A DNA stretch of 64,000 bases from a virus (Duplodnaviria > Caudoviricetes): IMG/VR virus record IMGVR_UViG_3300025000_000055; one strand, 5' to 3'. Of the stretch, positions 39,786 through 51,642 are shown piece by piece. Within the stretch, counting starts at the first letter, position 1, and each line of letters starts with the position of its first letter. The notes below the pieces were generated by a model, which worked only from the letters and a program-made list of their open reading frames with translations, searched no databases and was not told the origin of the DNA. The position numbers and the translations under genes are program-made.

Positions 39786-42700
39786 ATGAAAAAACCATAT
39801 ATTTATGATTTGGAAACTAAGAACTTATCTTTCTTACAAACAGCTAAAGATCTACATGTACTTGGTATTAAAAATAATGTATTTTTTTTAAAATTGTATG
39901 ATAAATCTTTAAAGAAAGTTGATCCTCATTCACCATTTTTAACAGATGACCAAATTATAAAAATTATTAATGAATGTATGATTAATCCCTGGTATTTTTT
40001 AAGAGAGGTTGCAAGAATTGCAGATCAAGGCGGGAGGGGTCTTCCATATCAACTTCATAGGGCTAATCTAGCTTCCACATATTGTTATTTAAATGGTATA
40101 GATCATTATGTAGTAATACCAAGACAAAAAGGTAAAACTCAAAGTGAATTAGCTATAATAAATTGGTCATTTCTATTAGGTACAACTAATTCAGAATTTA
40201 TGTTTTTAAGTCTAAGTCAAGCTGGTGCTAATGAAAATCTTGATAGATTGAAAAAACAAAAAGATTTATTACCACATTATTTACAATTTAAAATGATTTT
40301 TTCAGATGATGGTAAAATTATTAAAGAAACTGATAATGTTAAAACTTTAGCTAATGCTATTAATGGTAATAAAATAATAACTAAACCATCTGCTAAATCA
40401 ATAGAAGCCGCCGAGAAGATCGGTAGGGGTTATTTTTAGCTCCCTCATACAGTAATGTATGTTGAATAACTTCTTTAATTGTCGGGGAAGCTCTTAGAGC
40501 CTAAGACTACTAAATTATATTAGTAATAATATAATGGCTTGGACTAATCAACCAAGGTATAGTAATAAGGTTTTAGGATTGAGTAATCCGCAGCTAAGAT
40601 TTTATTAAATGGGTAACAATTTTATAAAAAAATGTATAAAGGTGTTGATAATAAAATGTTTGTCGTAATACCAGTTGAAAGGAAAAAATTTAAACCATTG
40701 ACATTCCCAGAAGTTCAAGAAGGTAGATATATAATCAGTAATTATGGTGATATTATTGATTTAAAAACAGGATTAGAAAAAAAATTAAATATTAATAAGA
40801 AAAAATAATTATATTAGTGCAAAAATTAAAATGGATAATAATAAAACTAAATCAATAGCTGTTCATAGATTAGTAGCTTATGAATTTTGTGATAATTATA
40901 ATGTTAATGATAAAAATAGTCTTAAAAGTTTTAATTATTATGAAAATCTTGAATGGGTTACTTATTCTGAGAATAATAAACATCGTTTTGAGCATGGGAA
41001 TGGAAGTAGTGCTAAACCACCAATACTTAGGGGTGAGAATAATCCTCACAACGTTTACTCTACAGAATTTATAAAGGAAATTTGTTTTTTATTAACTAAA
41101 AGATATACTGTTAAAGAAATACTAGATTATTTTGAATGTATAGAAAATAGGAAAAAAATAATTTCTTTAATTCATGATATACGATGTAGAAGAACATGGG
41201 GACATATTTCTAGAAATTATGATTTTGAAACCCATTTAACAAAATAAAGTTCAACGACTATCCCATTGGTACTGAAATGGTACAATAGGAGTAGGGCTCA
41301 AGTGAGTGGGTGAAATTCCCTTAAATCGAAATAGGAAACTCCATTATACTGATTATATAATGGATGAAGATATAGTCTAGTATCCTAATGAAAGTTAGGG
41401 AAGTTCATAAGAGAACTGCATAGATTAACGACCTATGTGAATATATCGAGTACACAACCTGTGCATTTATACGACGAAGTTGAGTTTACATCCTATATTA
41501 AAACTATCATTGAGGCAGCGGCAATGGCGTTTAAAACAGCTTCTAAAAATGCAAAAAGAAATAATGCCCCTTATTGCCGTTCGTTCCTGAGCACACCTGG
41601 AGATCTCGATACTAAAGCTGGACAAGAATGTATGGATATAATTAGTAAGACATATAGATGGACTGAAAAATTTTATGATATGAATATAGATGATGTTAAA
41701 GAAATTATAATAAATAATTCAGAAAATAGAATAGTTTATATTGAATACGATTATAAACAATTAGGAGAAGGTGAAGAATGGTTTAATGAATCTTGTGCAG
41801 TAATAGGTAATAATCCATTAAAAATTAAGAGAGAATTATTATTACAAAGAATGAGAGGTTCTTCTAATTCTCCATTTGAACCAGAAGATTTAGAACTTAT
41901 TAGAGAAAAACAAGGTAAAATAATTGAAGAAATATTTATTAATAAATTATTTAGATTGGACATATATAAACCTTTAGTAAGAGATAGAATTTATTTTATA
42001 TGTGTTGACGTTTCAAAAGGTTATGGTCAAGATAATTCAGCTGTAGTAATATTAGATCCATATGAACTCAAGCCCGTTGCAGAATTTGAATCACCGTATA
42101 TAGGTGTAACTCAATTAAAGAATTTTTTATATACACTTGTTAAGAAATATTTACCTAGAAGTATTTTATGTATTGAAAGAAATGAGAATGGTGAATCTAT
42201 ATTAGATGGGTTAAGATATACTGATATAATGCATAATTTATATTTTGATAAAGATAAAGACCCTATTGCTTCACAATTAGATGATAGAATGGATAGTCAA
42301 GGATTTTTAAAACAAGAAGCTTTGAAACGTAAATTATATGGTGTATGGACTGGAACTAAATCAAGACAAGTAATGTTTAGTTTATTGGAAACACATATCG
42401 CAGAATATAAAGATAATTTTATTTGTGCAAATATTATTAATGATTTATTTAAATTAGTCATGAAAAAGAATGGTAAGATTGAAGCTGAAAGTGGATTCCA
42501 TGATGATTCTATTATGGCATATTTAATAGGATTATATGTTTATTATCATGGTAATAATCTACATTATTTTGGTTTTGTTAAAGGTGAATTACCTGATGAA
42601 AAAACCCGAAATAAAGGATTATCGACATATGATGAAATAATGGAAGAAATGCCTGATGAAGAAAAACGATTTTTTGATGAGAGTTTTGGTTCTAAGACTA

Positions 42701-42867
42701 TAGATGATTATCAAAATCATGTAATAGAAGAACTAAAAAGAGTTCAAAGAGAACAAACTAATATGACTAATGCAAGTGGGATGTTTAAACCAACAACCTA
42801 TGCTGAACAATATGAAGATAATGAAATTGAAATACCATTAGACTTCTTTGATGAATTAAATAGTTAG
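39786..42867 (+). CDS. Terminase large subunit, spliced from two exons, 687 aa
   Basis: Exons 39786-40430 and 41449-42867. Walker A PRQKGKT; the junction KIGRG|STQPVHLYDE restores Walker B; nuclease motifs CVDVSKG and HDDSIMA. Confidence 0.92.
40431..41448 (+). ncRNA. Group I intron of the terminase, degenerate endonuclease in P6
   Basis: P1 GGGGU|...GCUCC; Q, R and S elements; terminal G at 41448. Confidence 0.88.
40633..41247 (+). pseudogene. Decayed HNH homing endonuclease
   Basis: The NUMOD4-like part (RYIISNYGDIID) stops in an A run near 40808. The HNH part continues in another frame, with VNDKNSLKSFN replacing VNHKDGxKxNN. Confidence 0.75.
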
Positions 42868-42872
42868 TTATA

Positions 42873-42910
42873 AAATAATATAATGTATATTAATATACAT
42901 TATATTATTT
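42873..42910. terminator. Palindromic hairpin after the terminase
   Basis: AAATAATATAATGTATATT/AATATACATTATATTATTT. Confidence 0.55.
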
Positions 42911-42925
42911 TTTTACTATTATACT

Positions 42926-42937
42926 AACAATGTTTTA
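42926..42937 (+). promoter_or_regulatory. AR9-like late promoter AACA-N6-TA
   Basis: AACA-ATGTTT-TA upstream of 42958. Confidence 0.55.
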
Positions 42938-42957
42938 ATTATGAATAAAAAAGGAGA

Positions 42958-43740
42958 GTGAAAAAGTTGCTATTTGATGATGAAGAATATATGAGAACTA
43001 GTGATTTAGATATAGAATTACTATTAGCAGAATTACCGTTTAATTTAACAAGAGAAAATATAATTGAACAAATAAATGACCCAATTTCAATTCAAGTTAA
43101 TTATATAACTACGTTATTGGATAAATGTGATATTGTTAAAAATCAATTTGTTGATAACTCTGAAGTTATTAAAGAAATTGATACAAATTTGCGTTCAATA
43201 TTCGAACTTATTTTAAGAGAAATGAATGAAAAATTTAGATTGGGTGTAAGTGTAAATGAAAGTGATGATGATATTATTAAATTGGGTGAAGCCTTATACA
43301 CATATTTAATTTTAAGATATAAAAAAAATGTTAGTCGATTTATATATAGATACATTTTAAAAAATAAAAAAGAGTTTATTGAAAAATTTGATACAACTAA
43401 GAAAAAAGATATTACATCATTGGCATTAAAGAAACAATTTAAAAATAAAGATGATATAATTCTAATCACATCATTACCTAAAATTATAAAACATATTATG
43501 GGTCTTGATATAGAACCAATAGATTTTTTAGATATTATTTCAAAAGGTGAACACTATGAGGCTTCTATTATTAAGGAAGCTATTTTATCAGGACAGATTA
43601 TAGGTAATTTTATACCAAGATATTTTTATTTAATGATTGACGAATATGAACATGTTATGGATGAGATTCAAACAGATATAAAATTAAAGTTAATAAATAA
43701 AATAAAAAGTAATGAAGGGAAGAGGATGAAAAATGAATAA
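42958..43740 (+). CDS. Hypothetical late protein
   Basis: 260-aa ORF with an AAGGAG RBS. Confidence 0.7.
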   Translation: MKKLLFDDEEYMRTSDLDIELLLAELPFNLTRENIIEQINDPISIQVNYITTLLDKCDIVKNQFVDNSEVIKEIDTNLRSIFELILREMNEKFRLGVSVNESDDDIIKLGEALYTYLILRYKKNVSRFIYRYILKNKKEFIEKFDTTKKKDITSLALKKQFKNKDDIILITSLPKIIKHIMGLDIEPIDFLDIISKGEHYEASIIKEAILSGQIIGNFIPRYFYLMIDEYEHVMDEIQTDIKLKLINKIKSNEGKRMKNE

Positions 43741-44704
43741 TCCAGTACAAAAAATTAATCAATTAGAATGTGGTGTTGATGATATTATGTTTACTAAGAA
43801 TAATGAATTTGGTAATGACGGTAAAATTTTAAAAATGTTAAGAATAAAATCTAAATTAGAAGAAGTTACTAATATGAAAAATAAAATTAATGAGCAGCAA
43901 AATAAATTTATTGATAATGAAGATGTGATAAATATTTTAGATGAGCGTACTAAAAATATAACTGTCTTTGGAATAAAAAGATTAACAAATAAACAAATAG
44001 AAGAAATTTATACTATTAATAATGAAAAAGTTGAATTGCTTATTGAAACTGATAGTGAAGAAAGAAAGATTAGTTTCATGAGGGACTTTTTAATATTCAA
44101 AAAAGAAAGTTCTGTCGCATTAAAACAAATAGATGATTCTATGGAAAAATTAGAAAAAGAGTTAAAAGAAAATGAAAAGCAACTTAATAAGATTATTGAA
44201 GAATGCGGTGATATTAACTCACTTATTAAAAATCGTCTTATTAATAATATTAATAATTCAGCTAATGAAAATATTAAAAAACGTAACACTGAAATTCTTA
44301 AAAATTTTAATGATGCATTGACATTAAATATAATTTTTGAACACTATAGAAACCAAAATATTTTAAATACTTTGCATGATTATAAAATGAGATCCGAAGC
44401 TATATATAAAAATTATGTTAAAACTTGTAAACAACTAGGTATTAAATCAGATATAACTGTTTTTGATGGTTTAGAAAAATTCTTACCTGAAAAATATCAT
44501 ACTTATCCCAATTTATTCTTATTTTCAATTATTAAGTATTTTGCTTATAAGAAGAACAATTGTGATAAACATATTGAAGGTATTTTCTTATCTCAATTCC
44601 TAGTAAATGTACAAAATCTTTTCTGTGACAAATTTAAAGATAAAGGAGAAAAACAAATATTTATTGAAGCTATTATGAAAGTACTAGATTTATTTTATTC
44701 ATAA
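43733..44704 (+). CDS. Hypothetical late protein (coiled-coil)
   Basis: 323-aa ORF overlapping the upstream stop. Confidence 0.7.
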   Translation: MNNPVQKINQLECGVDDIMFTKNNEFGNDGKILKMLRIKSKLEEVTNMKNKINEQQNKFIDNEDVINILDERTKNITVFGIKRLTNKQIEEIYTINNEKVELLIETDSEERKISFMRDFLIFKKESSVALKQIDDSMEKLEKELKENEKQLNKIIEECGDINSLIKNRLINNINNSANENIKKRNTEILKNFNDALTLNIIFEHYRNQNILNTLHDYKMRSEAIYKNYVKTCKQLGIKSDITVFDGLEKFLPEKYHTYPNLFLFSIIKYFAYKKNNCDKHIEGIFLSQFLVNVQNLFCDKFKDKGEKQIFIEAIMKVLDLFYS

Positions 44705-44705
44705 A

Positions 44706-44717
44706 AACATTAGGATA
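44706..44717 (+). promoter_or_regulatory. AR9-like late promoter AACA-N6-TA
   Basis: AACA-TTAGGA-TA upstream of 44783. Confidence 0.5.
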
Positions 44718-44782
44718 AGGTTGTGAATTTTAAATTCACTTCCTTATCCTAATTTTATTTTTTAAAGGTAGGTGTAAATAAA

Positions 44783-45517
44783 TTGATTGAAAATTTTTTA
44801 AGTGATAATGGTACAGACATAATATTTAATGGGGAACAATTAGAAGCTTACATACCAGAATTTTATTTTAAAAATAATAAATTAGGTGAGCAATTAGGTT
44901 CATCTTTAAAAGTTTTTGGTTTATTCAACATTAGAATGATTAATAAAGGTAAACCGTCTAAACTTGAGACTTTTATTCTACCATCAATGATTATGGTGTT
45001 CCCTTCAACAATTGAATATAAGAAATTAAAATTAATAGATGAACAGGAAGAAGAAGAATGTTATATGGTATTAAATTTCTTTAAAGGTGGAAAGATTACA
45101 CCTAATAGTGTTTCACAAGATGCAACTAATGTGGAATTATTTTTAGATCTTATATGTGGTGGGAAATTACCAGAAACTATTCCTTATAACCAAATAATTC
45201 AAATATGGCAAAAGAATTTAAATCTGAATAATATTAATTTGAACGTAACATCAACTGTATTAGAAGTTATTGTAAGCGAAATTTATCGTAATAAAAAAAA
45301 ACCAGAAGAAACATTTGCTAAATTATGGGGAAGAAATCCTAATATATCGCAATATGAATATAAACGAGCGAATATTAGAGAAATTTGTGCTAGAAATTCT
45401 ACTTTTGCTGCATTAACATATGAGGATATGGATGCTATGATAACATCTTCTCTTAACATTAGGAACTATAATAGGGAAGAAACTGAATCTCCTATAGAAA
45501 AAATAATAAAGATGTAA
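44783..45517 (+). CDS. Probable virion RNA polymerase beta' C-terminal fragment subunit
   Basis: VLEVIVSEIYR and NIREICARNSTFAALTYEDMDAMITSSL resemble beta' HIEVIVRQM and [26 protein letters not shown]. Confidence 0.6.
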   Translation: MIENFLSDNGTDIIFNGEQLEAYIPEFYFKNNKLGEQLGSSLKVFGLFNIRMINKGKPSKLETFILPSMIMVFPSTIEYKKLKLIDEQEEEECYMVLNFFKGGKITPNSVSQDATNVELFLDLICGGKLPETIPYNQIIQIWQKNLNLNNINLNVTSTVLEVIVSEIYRNKKKPEETFAKLWGRNPNISQYEYKRANIREICARNSTFAALTYEDMDAMITSSLNIRNYNREETESPIEKIIKM

Positions 45518-45528
45518 TAATCAATGAG

Positions 45529-45540
45529 AACAATTAAATA
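45529..45540 (+). promoter_or_regulatory. AR9-like late promoter AACA-N6-TA
   Basis: AACA-ATTAAA-TA upstream of the sheath gene. Confidence 0.6.
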
Positions 45541-45558
45541 AAAAAATTCACAAGGAGG

Positions 45559-47409
45559 TTGAATACATTGCCTGCAATCGGACAAATCATTCCTAAATAT
45601 ACACATCCTCATTCCGAAACATATATAAATGATAATACTATATTTGAGGAAATAGTTTCCGAACCAGAAAGTGGTGTGCGTTTTATTAACGTATTCACCT
45701 CGTCCAAAGGACGAGATGGTGTTGTTTTAAAAAAAACAAAACACACTGATTTTATTGAAGAATATGGTAATCCAAATTATAAACTATTTGCTCAACCCGG
45801 TTATATGCCATATGCAGCATTAAAAACGTTTCAGGCTGAATGTCATTGCATGAGAGTGATGCCGGATGATGCATCTTATTCTAATGCTATAATTATAGCT
45901 AAGATTAAAGTTGATACGACTGTGGTTGGTAGTCCTAAATTACTTATTAGACACCAATCTGTATTTCTTACAAACTTTACAGATAAGACTGAATTTTCAG
46001 TTAATGTTGAGTTATTAAAAGATACTGACCCGGATGAAGATGGATGGTTAACATTTCCTTTATTCGGTGCATATGTGTTGGGTAGAGGTATTTATGGTGA
46101 CACAACAAGACTAAGACTGAGTGCATCACCACAAGCTGATTTAGAAAATGGATATAAAAATTATCGTTTTGAGGTTCTTGATAGTGAAGGTGGATTAACA
46201 CGTAAAGAACTTTTTACTGGTAGTTTATATACTGATGCTATTATTAGTTCAAATACTCTTTATATTGAGGAATTAATCAATGACTCTGACGGTAGTACTA
46301 AAATTGGTTTTTATGTATCTGAAAATTCTCTTAATGAAATTCTTACTATTTATAATGAACAAGTTGCAGATGAAGATGCTCAATTAACATTACAAACATT
46401 TGATATTATTACAGCTCGTAGTATGATAGCCACTACTTTAACTGATATTGTGATTTCAAATACTGCCAGCGATGTTTCTTTAGATAGAGTTGAGGGTATT
46501 TTATTTTCTGGTGGAAACGATGGTTCCTTTTCAGTTAGTGGTGATGCTGGTGTAAGAGAAACGGCTATTGATACTGCTTACATCAAAGCATTCACGGAAG
46601 ATAAAGTTCTTTTAAGTAAGAGAAGAACTCCGGCAGATTTAATTCTTGATGCAGGTTATTCTGATGATGTTAAACGTGCTCTTATCAGTTTTATTACTAA
46701 TAGATATGATGCATATGGTTTTATTGATGGTGGTATACTTGAAACACCATCTGATGCTATCACATGGGCTGAATCTATGACATCTTTAGCAGATAGAGTA
46801 TTTTCTAAAGAATGTAACCATTACTATATAAAAGATCCATTTTCTGGTAAATCTATACCTATGACGATAACATATTTCTATGCCGGACAGTTACCACTTC
46901 ACTTTAAAACTAATGGAAACAACACTCCATTTCAAGGTGAAACATATGCTAAACTTACTGGCTTTGTTAAGAATTCTTTGAAACCAATTATTGATGCTGA
47001 CGATAATGATATTAAAGAAACGCTTTATAATCTTAGAGTAAATTATTTTGAGTGTATTGCAGAAAATACATTTATAAGGGGGGTTCAAGGCACATCGCAA
47101 AATGTTTGGTCTGATTTATCAGAAGAACACAACATGCATGTGCTATTGGAACTAAAAAGAAAAGTTGAGGCGTTAGTCGCATCAAAATCATATAATTTTG
47201 CTGAAAAAGAAGACAGGATTGAATTTACAGAAACAGCTGAACGTATTTTTGGACCATATCGTGGGAAAAAAGTAAGAGAAATTTCAGTGTATTTTGATAT
47301 GAGTCCATTTGAAGAAGAAAGAAGTATTTTACATTGTTACATGGAGATTATATATAAGACAATAGCTAAGCGGGGCATTATTGAAATTGATATTAATAAA
47401 CGTGTTTAA
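45559..47409 (+). CDS. Tail sheath protein
   Basis: 616 aa; C-terminal LSEEHNMHVL..IIEIDIN sheath-like pattern; precedes a tube-sized gene. Confidence 0.8.
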   Translation: MNTLPAIGQIIPKYTHPHSETYINDNTIFEEIVSEPESGVRFINVFTSSKGRDGVVLKKTKHTDFIEEYGNPNYKLFAQPGYMPYAALKTFQAECHCMRVMPDDASYSNAIIIAKIKVDTTVVGSPKLLIRHQSVFLTNFTDKTEFSVNVELLKDTDPDEDGWLTFPLFGAYVLGRGIYGDTTRLRLSASPQADLENGYKNYRFEVLDSEGGLTRKELFTGSLYTDAIISSNTLYIEELINDSDGSTKIGFYVSENSLNEILTIYNEQVADEDAQLTLQTFDIITARSMIATTLTDIVISNTASDVSLDRVEGILFSGGNDGSFSVSGDAGVRETAIDTAYIKAFTEDKVLLSKRRTPADLILDAGYSDDVKRALISFITNRYDAYGFIDGGILETPSDAITWAESMTSLADRVFSKECNHYYIKDPFSGKSIPMTITYFYAGQLPLHFKTNGNNTPFQGETYAKLTGFVKNSLKPIIDADDNDIKETLYNLRVNYFECIAENTFIRGVQGTSQNVWSDLSEEHNMHVLLELKRKVEALVASKSYNFAEKEDRIEFTETAERIFGPYRGKKVREISVYFDMSPFEEERSILHCYMEIIYKTIAKRGIIEIDINKRV

Positions 47410-47443
47410 AAAATAATAAAAAATAACAAGGGAGTGATTATAT

Positions 47444-48265
47444 ATGGCCGATGTTAGTACTCTTCAATCCAATATTAAAAGCAATACTAAAGATATGACC
47501 CTATATTCCCTATTTTTAGGTGGATTAAATGTAACTTCTAAAGCATTAGCGCAGTACGATCCATTAAAAACTGGTTATGCTAGAATATTTTTTACAAAAA
47601 TGCCACCTTTTATGAAAACTATTGTACCTGAAAAAACGAAACAATTTAAACATTTACTCGAATATGGTTTTGTTGGGGTTGATGGTCTGCAAAACATTAC
47701 TTTAGAATTTGAACAAGTTGGTGGTGGATATGCCGGTAGACAATTCGAAATTCCAACAGTAGCTAAAGATGAAACTAACAGTCTTACTGTTAAAGTTTAT
47801 GAAATGGCAGGTTCACCTGTTCGAGATTATGTTGATATGTGGATTTCAGGTATTTCAGATCCATATACTGGCCTTGGTCATTATCACGGAGCATTAGATA
47901 TAGCTAATGCAGGTCTATCATATTCTCAAGTAAACCATTCAGCGGAAGCATTTTATGTTGAAACTGATCCAACTGGTCGTAGTACTGGTATTGAGTATGC
48001 TTGCCTTTTAACCAATTTGGTTCCTAAAGTTGTAAAACTTGATCATTTTAATTACGAGGCCGGTAATCATCCAATTGTTCAAACAGATATTGAATTTACT
48101 GCAACTAAATATCAATCACCACAGATTAATGATATTGCGGTAGCATTAATTGCTAAATATAAAATTCTTAGAGATTACCTTAAATTTGATTCTCAGTATA
48201 CCACTACTGATATTGACAATATGACAGTACCAAATATTAGTGATTGGGGTTCTTCTGCAACTTAA
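47444..48265 (+). CDS. Tail tube protein
   Basis: 273 aa directly after the sheath, as in phiKZ gp29-gp30. Confidence 0.72.
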   Translation: MADVSTLQSNIKSNTKDMTLYSLFLGGLNVTSKALAQYDPLKTGYARIFFTKMPPFMKTIVPEKTKQFKHLLEYGFVGVDGLQNITLEFEQVGGGYAGRQFEIPTVAKDETNSLTVKVYEMAGSPVRDYVDMWISGISDPYTGLGHYHGALDIANAGLSYSQVNHSAEAFYVETDPTGRSTGIEYACLLTNLVPKVVKLDHFNYEAGNHPIVQTDIEFTATKYQSPQINDIAVALIAKYKILRDYLKFDSQYTTTDIDNMTVPNISDWGSSAT

Positions 48266-48272
48266 AAATAAA

Positions 48273-48306
48273 TATGTCTATACTGATTAATTTCAGTATA
48301 GACATA
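48273..48306. terminator. Bidirectional terminator between convergent genes
   Basis: TATGTCTATACTGA-TTAATT-TCAGTATAGACATA. Confidence 0.75.
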
Positions 48307-48309
48307 AAT

Positions 48310-50936
48310 TTATTGTTCAGTTGAACTATCATCAGGATTTTCTGTTAAAATTTTCTGATATTCTAATTTAGCATCTTCTACAGCTGTATCAAACATCCTC
48401 CAAGGTAACATTGGTAAAATTTCTCTAGTTGCCTTATTCATAATTAAATCTTTAATTTTATTATCCTTATCTGTTGGAGAAGCATTTTCTCCCGATACTA
48501 TTTTAAGCATAAATGCTAGCAATTGATCTGCATTTGAAATTAAATCACTCATATTCATAGTATTTAGTGCTTTAGGTAAATTTAAACTATATACAAATGT
48601 TTCAATTATTTCTTTAGGTATTTCTGTACCAGAAAATTTCATTATTTTTTTATAGAATTCAGTTATATTAGGGTTAAAATCAAGTTGATCACTTACAACT
48701 CTCCCTGTAAATTTGGCATTAGCCATGACAAGAGTCTTTGCATACGGTATATTCACATAGGTCGTTAATCTATGCAGTTCTCTTATGAACTTCCCTAACT
48801 TTCATTAGGATACTAGACTATATCTTCATCTTTTATTAAGTTAATTAATCCTAATAAAAGAGCTCTCCATTTCGATTTAAGGGATTTTCACCCACCTACT
48901 TAGGCCCTACTCCTATTGATCATTTCAGATCCAAAGGGATAGTCGTTGAACTTTATTCCTTATTATATAAGGAATCTTAGCTGCGGATCACCTAATCTTA
49001 AACATTATTACCTTACTCAGGTTAATTACTCCTGACCACTATATCATTGCTAATATAGTTTGGTAGTTTAAGATTTAAAGACTTCCCCGACAATTAAAAG
49101 AGAATTGGTATTATAGATCACTCTATAACCTGACTAATAATTATCAGCTTCATTGATATAATTCATTATTACAGATGGGACACCAGTACCATTAATGTAA
49201 GATGTTTTTAACATCTCCATTAAATCAGTATTTAATTGTATATCCTGACCTGCCAATATATCAAACTCTATTCCTTTTTCACCAGTTCTACCTACAGGTA
49301 CAAAAACACCTTTAGCATGACCAATTTTAGATACCATTGTATTATAATTTAATAAATCCATAAAATTTATATCTCTTTCTTTAAGAGTTCTAGCTACATC
49401 TTGTAATTTATTAATAATATTTGTATCTATACCAGAATTTTTAATATAATTAATTCTAGTATCGTTAGATTTACTAATAATAGAAACCATCTTAAATATT
49501 AAAAGAGCTAAATATAATTTAGCATAAAATAATGACTTCATTAGTATACTAGTTCCTTCACCATCTTCATTTTCATTAACAGTGAATTCAGTTATATAAT
49601 CAACTGGTATAAATTGAAATTTTATTTTCTTTTTATATAGTTCATTATAAGATAAGCAATTGAATATTAATTCTTTAAATTTAATATTTTCTTCTAAGTA
49701 TTTTTTATTAAATGATTTAACGATTTTTTCAGTTAGTTTAGTTAAAAACATATTTTCAAGTTCGGGTGTATTAAGATTAACAGTATTAATTCGTATTGTA
49801 TTAATAAATGGGGATTTACTAATAGGTGAAGCTTCATGTATATAATAGTATCCTATAACATGATCCATTATTTTAACAGGTATGATCTTTTTAGGACTAA
49901 TTAATTTAATAAAACAATCCGTTATATTATCAAAATTATTAGTCTTATCTTTTTCTGTAGATATAGTTGCATCATTAAAAAATGTTGAAAATGAATTAGT
50001 TTTATTTTTAGATTTATTACTATTTTTAATAGCATCTTCAACATCTTTTTTAAATTTTTCATCAGTAATAAGTTCCGATACATCAACACCTTCTAGTATA
50101 GGTATATGTACAATATCATTTTCGACTTCAATATCTTTAACTAAATCTTTTATTTCTTTTTTTAATATTGAGGAAACCGATTTAATTTGCCCGTCATCTT
50201 TTAATTCTCTTATAAAATTATCATCAATATTTTCAGTTATAGAAATTGTTTTTAATTCTCTTACCTTTTTATCATAGAAATTTTCAAATAATTTTGAATA
50301 AGGTACAGTGTAAACATAATATTTACCGTATTGAAGAGTTTTCGGTATAATATGATTTTTCAATTTACTTGATAATTTAAATTTAGTCTCTAAATTTTCT
50401 ATTAATGATATATAACTCTGTTTATCTTCTTCACTACAATTAGAACTTTTAAATTGTAAATTTCTTGATATAGATTGAGTAACATCATCAGCTGTTACTA
50501 TCGCATCTCTAGTTGCATTAACAGCTTCTTCTAGCTCAAATAGATGACTACAAATTAAATCAAGGTCTTCATACAAAAGATTTTGATTTCTATATCTTTC
50601 ATTAAAAAATTGAAATACAGCATTGTCTTCTGATGAAAATATATCTTCAATTTTTTTTATATTTGAAAATTGTTGACTCTCATAATCATTAAATAGTTTT
50701 ACTAGAAAAGTTGATATGTCATCTCCACCAAAATCAGTTAATTTTTTTATCTCCTGAAAAATAACATCATCAACCTGATCTGATAATTTTTTAATTTCTT
50801 TCTCTCTTTTAGTATCACTTGCATTAGTATTAAAAGAAATTTTATCCAATACATCATTAAATAAAGCATTTAATTTTATCAACGGTCTTTCTATTTTTTT
50901 AACAATTACTCTTTTAGTTTGTTTCTCAGCACTCAT
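48310..50936 (-). CDS. Portal protein, spliced from two exons, 742 aa
   Basis: Exons 50936-49143 and 48744-48310; junction GVPSVIMNYINEAD|YAKTLVMANAKF; YGKYYVY and DILAGQ portal-like motifs. Confidence 0.8.
48745..49142 (-). ncRNA. Group I intron of the portal gene, ORF-less, 398 nt
   Basis: P1 CUGAU|...GUCAG; Q, R and S elements on the minus strand; terminal G at 48745. Confidence 0.88.
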
Positions 50937-50994
50937 TTATATTATTCACTTCCTTCGGTATTTTTTATTTAAAAAATACTAGAATAATAATATT

Positions 50995-51642
50995 CTAGTA
51001 TTTAATACACATGTATCTGTGAAATAAATTAAAGTATTCGGTTTCAAAAATTATTAAACTTTCAAATAAATTACTATTATTTATATCTTTAAAACTAATA
51101 CTGATATTATTACTTTTTTTCAATAACGGTATTAGTTTATTTGCTAATCTTACTTTATAATCATTCATTGAAAAAGTAACAATATTTTTAGCATTTAGCT
51201 TTTCTATTATATCATATGATATTATCTTTTTATCAATATTATCAAAATCATTTATTTTATTTATAGCTAATTTATACAGATCATATAATTCTTTTGTTAT
51301 AGACTTAATATTAATTATTCTACCTATTTGAAAGCTATTTTCATCTTTATCATCTGTTAAAAATAAAGTATTATTTAAATAATTTATATGTTTTATACTC
51401 TTTTTATTCTTACTAATAACTTTAAATACATCATTGGAACTTATACAAAATATTTGATCATTTTCAATATTAAATATAGGTGTAAATACTTTACCAAAAT
51501 GTTCTCCATAACTCAAATGTTTGTTATCGATAGTGAATATTATAGTACCATCAGAAAATAAAAGATATTCTGTAGATAATTTTTTAGCCAATTGATTAAA
51601 ATCATTTAATTTTTTTACTTCAAATTTATACATATATTTCAT
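50995..51642 (-). CDS. Hypothetical protein downstream of the DNA polymerase N-subunit
   Basis: 215-aa ORF with an AAGGA RBS. Confidence 0.65.
   Translation of the reverse strand: MKYMYKFEVKKLNDFNQLAKKLSTEYLLFSDGTIIFTIDNKHLSYGEHFGKVFTPIFNIENDQIFCISSNDVFKVISKNKKSIKHINYLNNTLFLTDDKDENSFQIGRIINIKSITKELYDLYKLAINKINDFDNIDKKIISYDIIEKLNAKNIVTFSMNDYKVRLANKLIPLLKKSNNISISFKDINNSNLFESLIIFETEYFNLFHRYMCIKY

Noticed and set aside
13160-42867. Inteins or group II introns
   Set aside because: No Cys/Ser...His-Asn intein ends in frame, and no reverse transcriptase or domain V motif was seen.
40880-50277. Track ORFs 40880-41074, 41751-41963, 43143-43469, 44008-44289, 46001-46201, 46891-47100, 49660-49845 and 49882-50277
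   Set aside because: Shadow ORFs of the terminase, sheath, portal and neighbouring genes.
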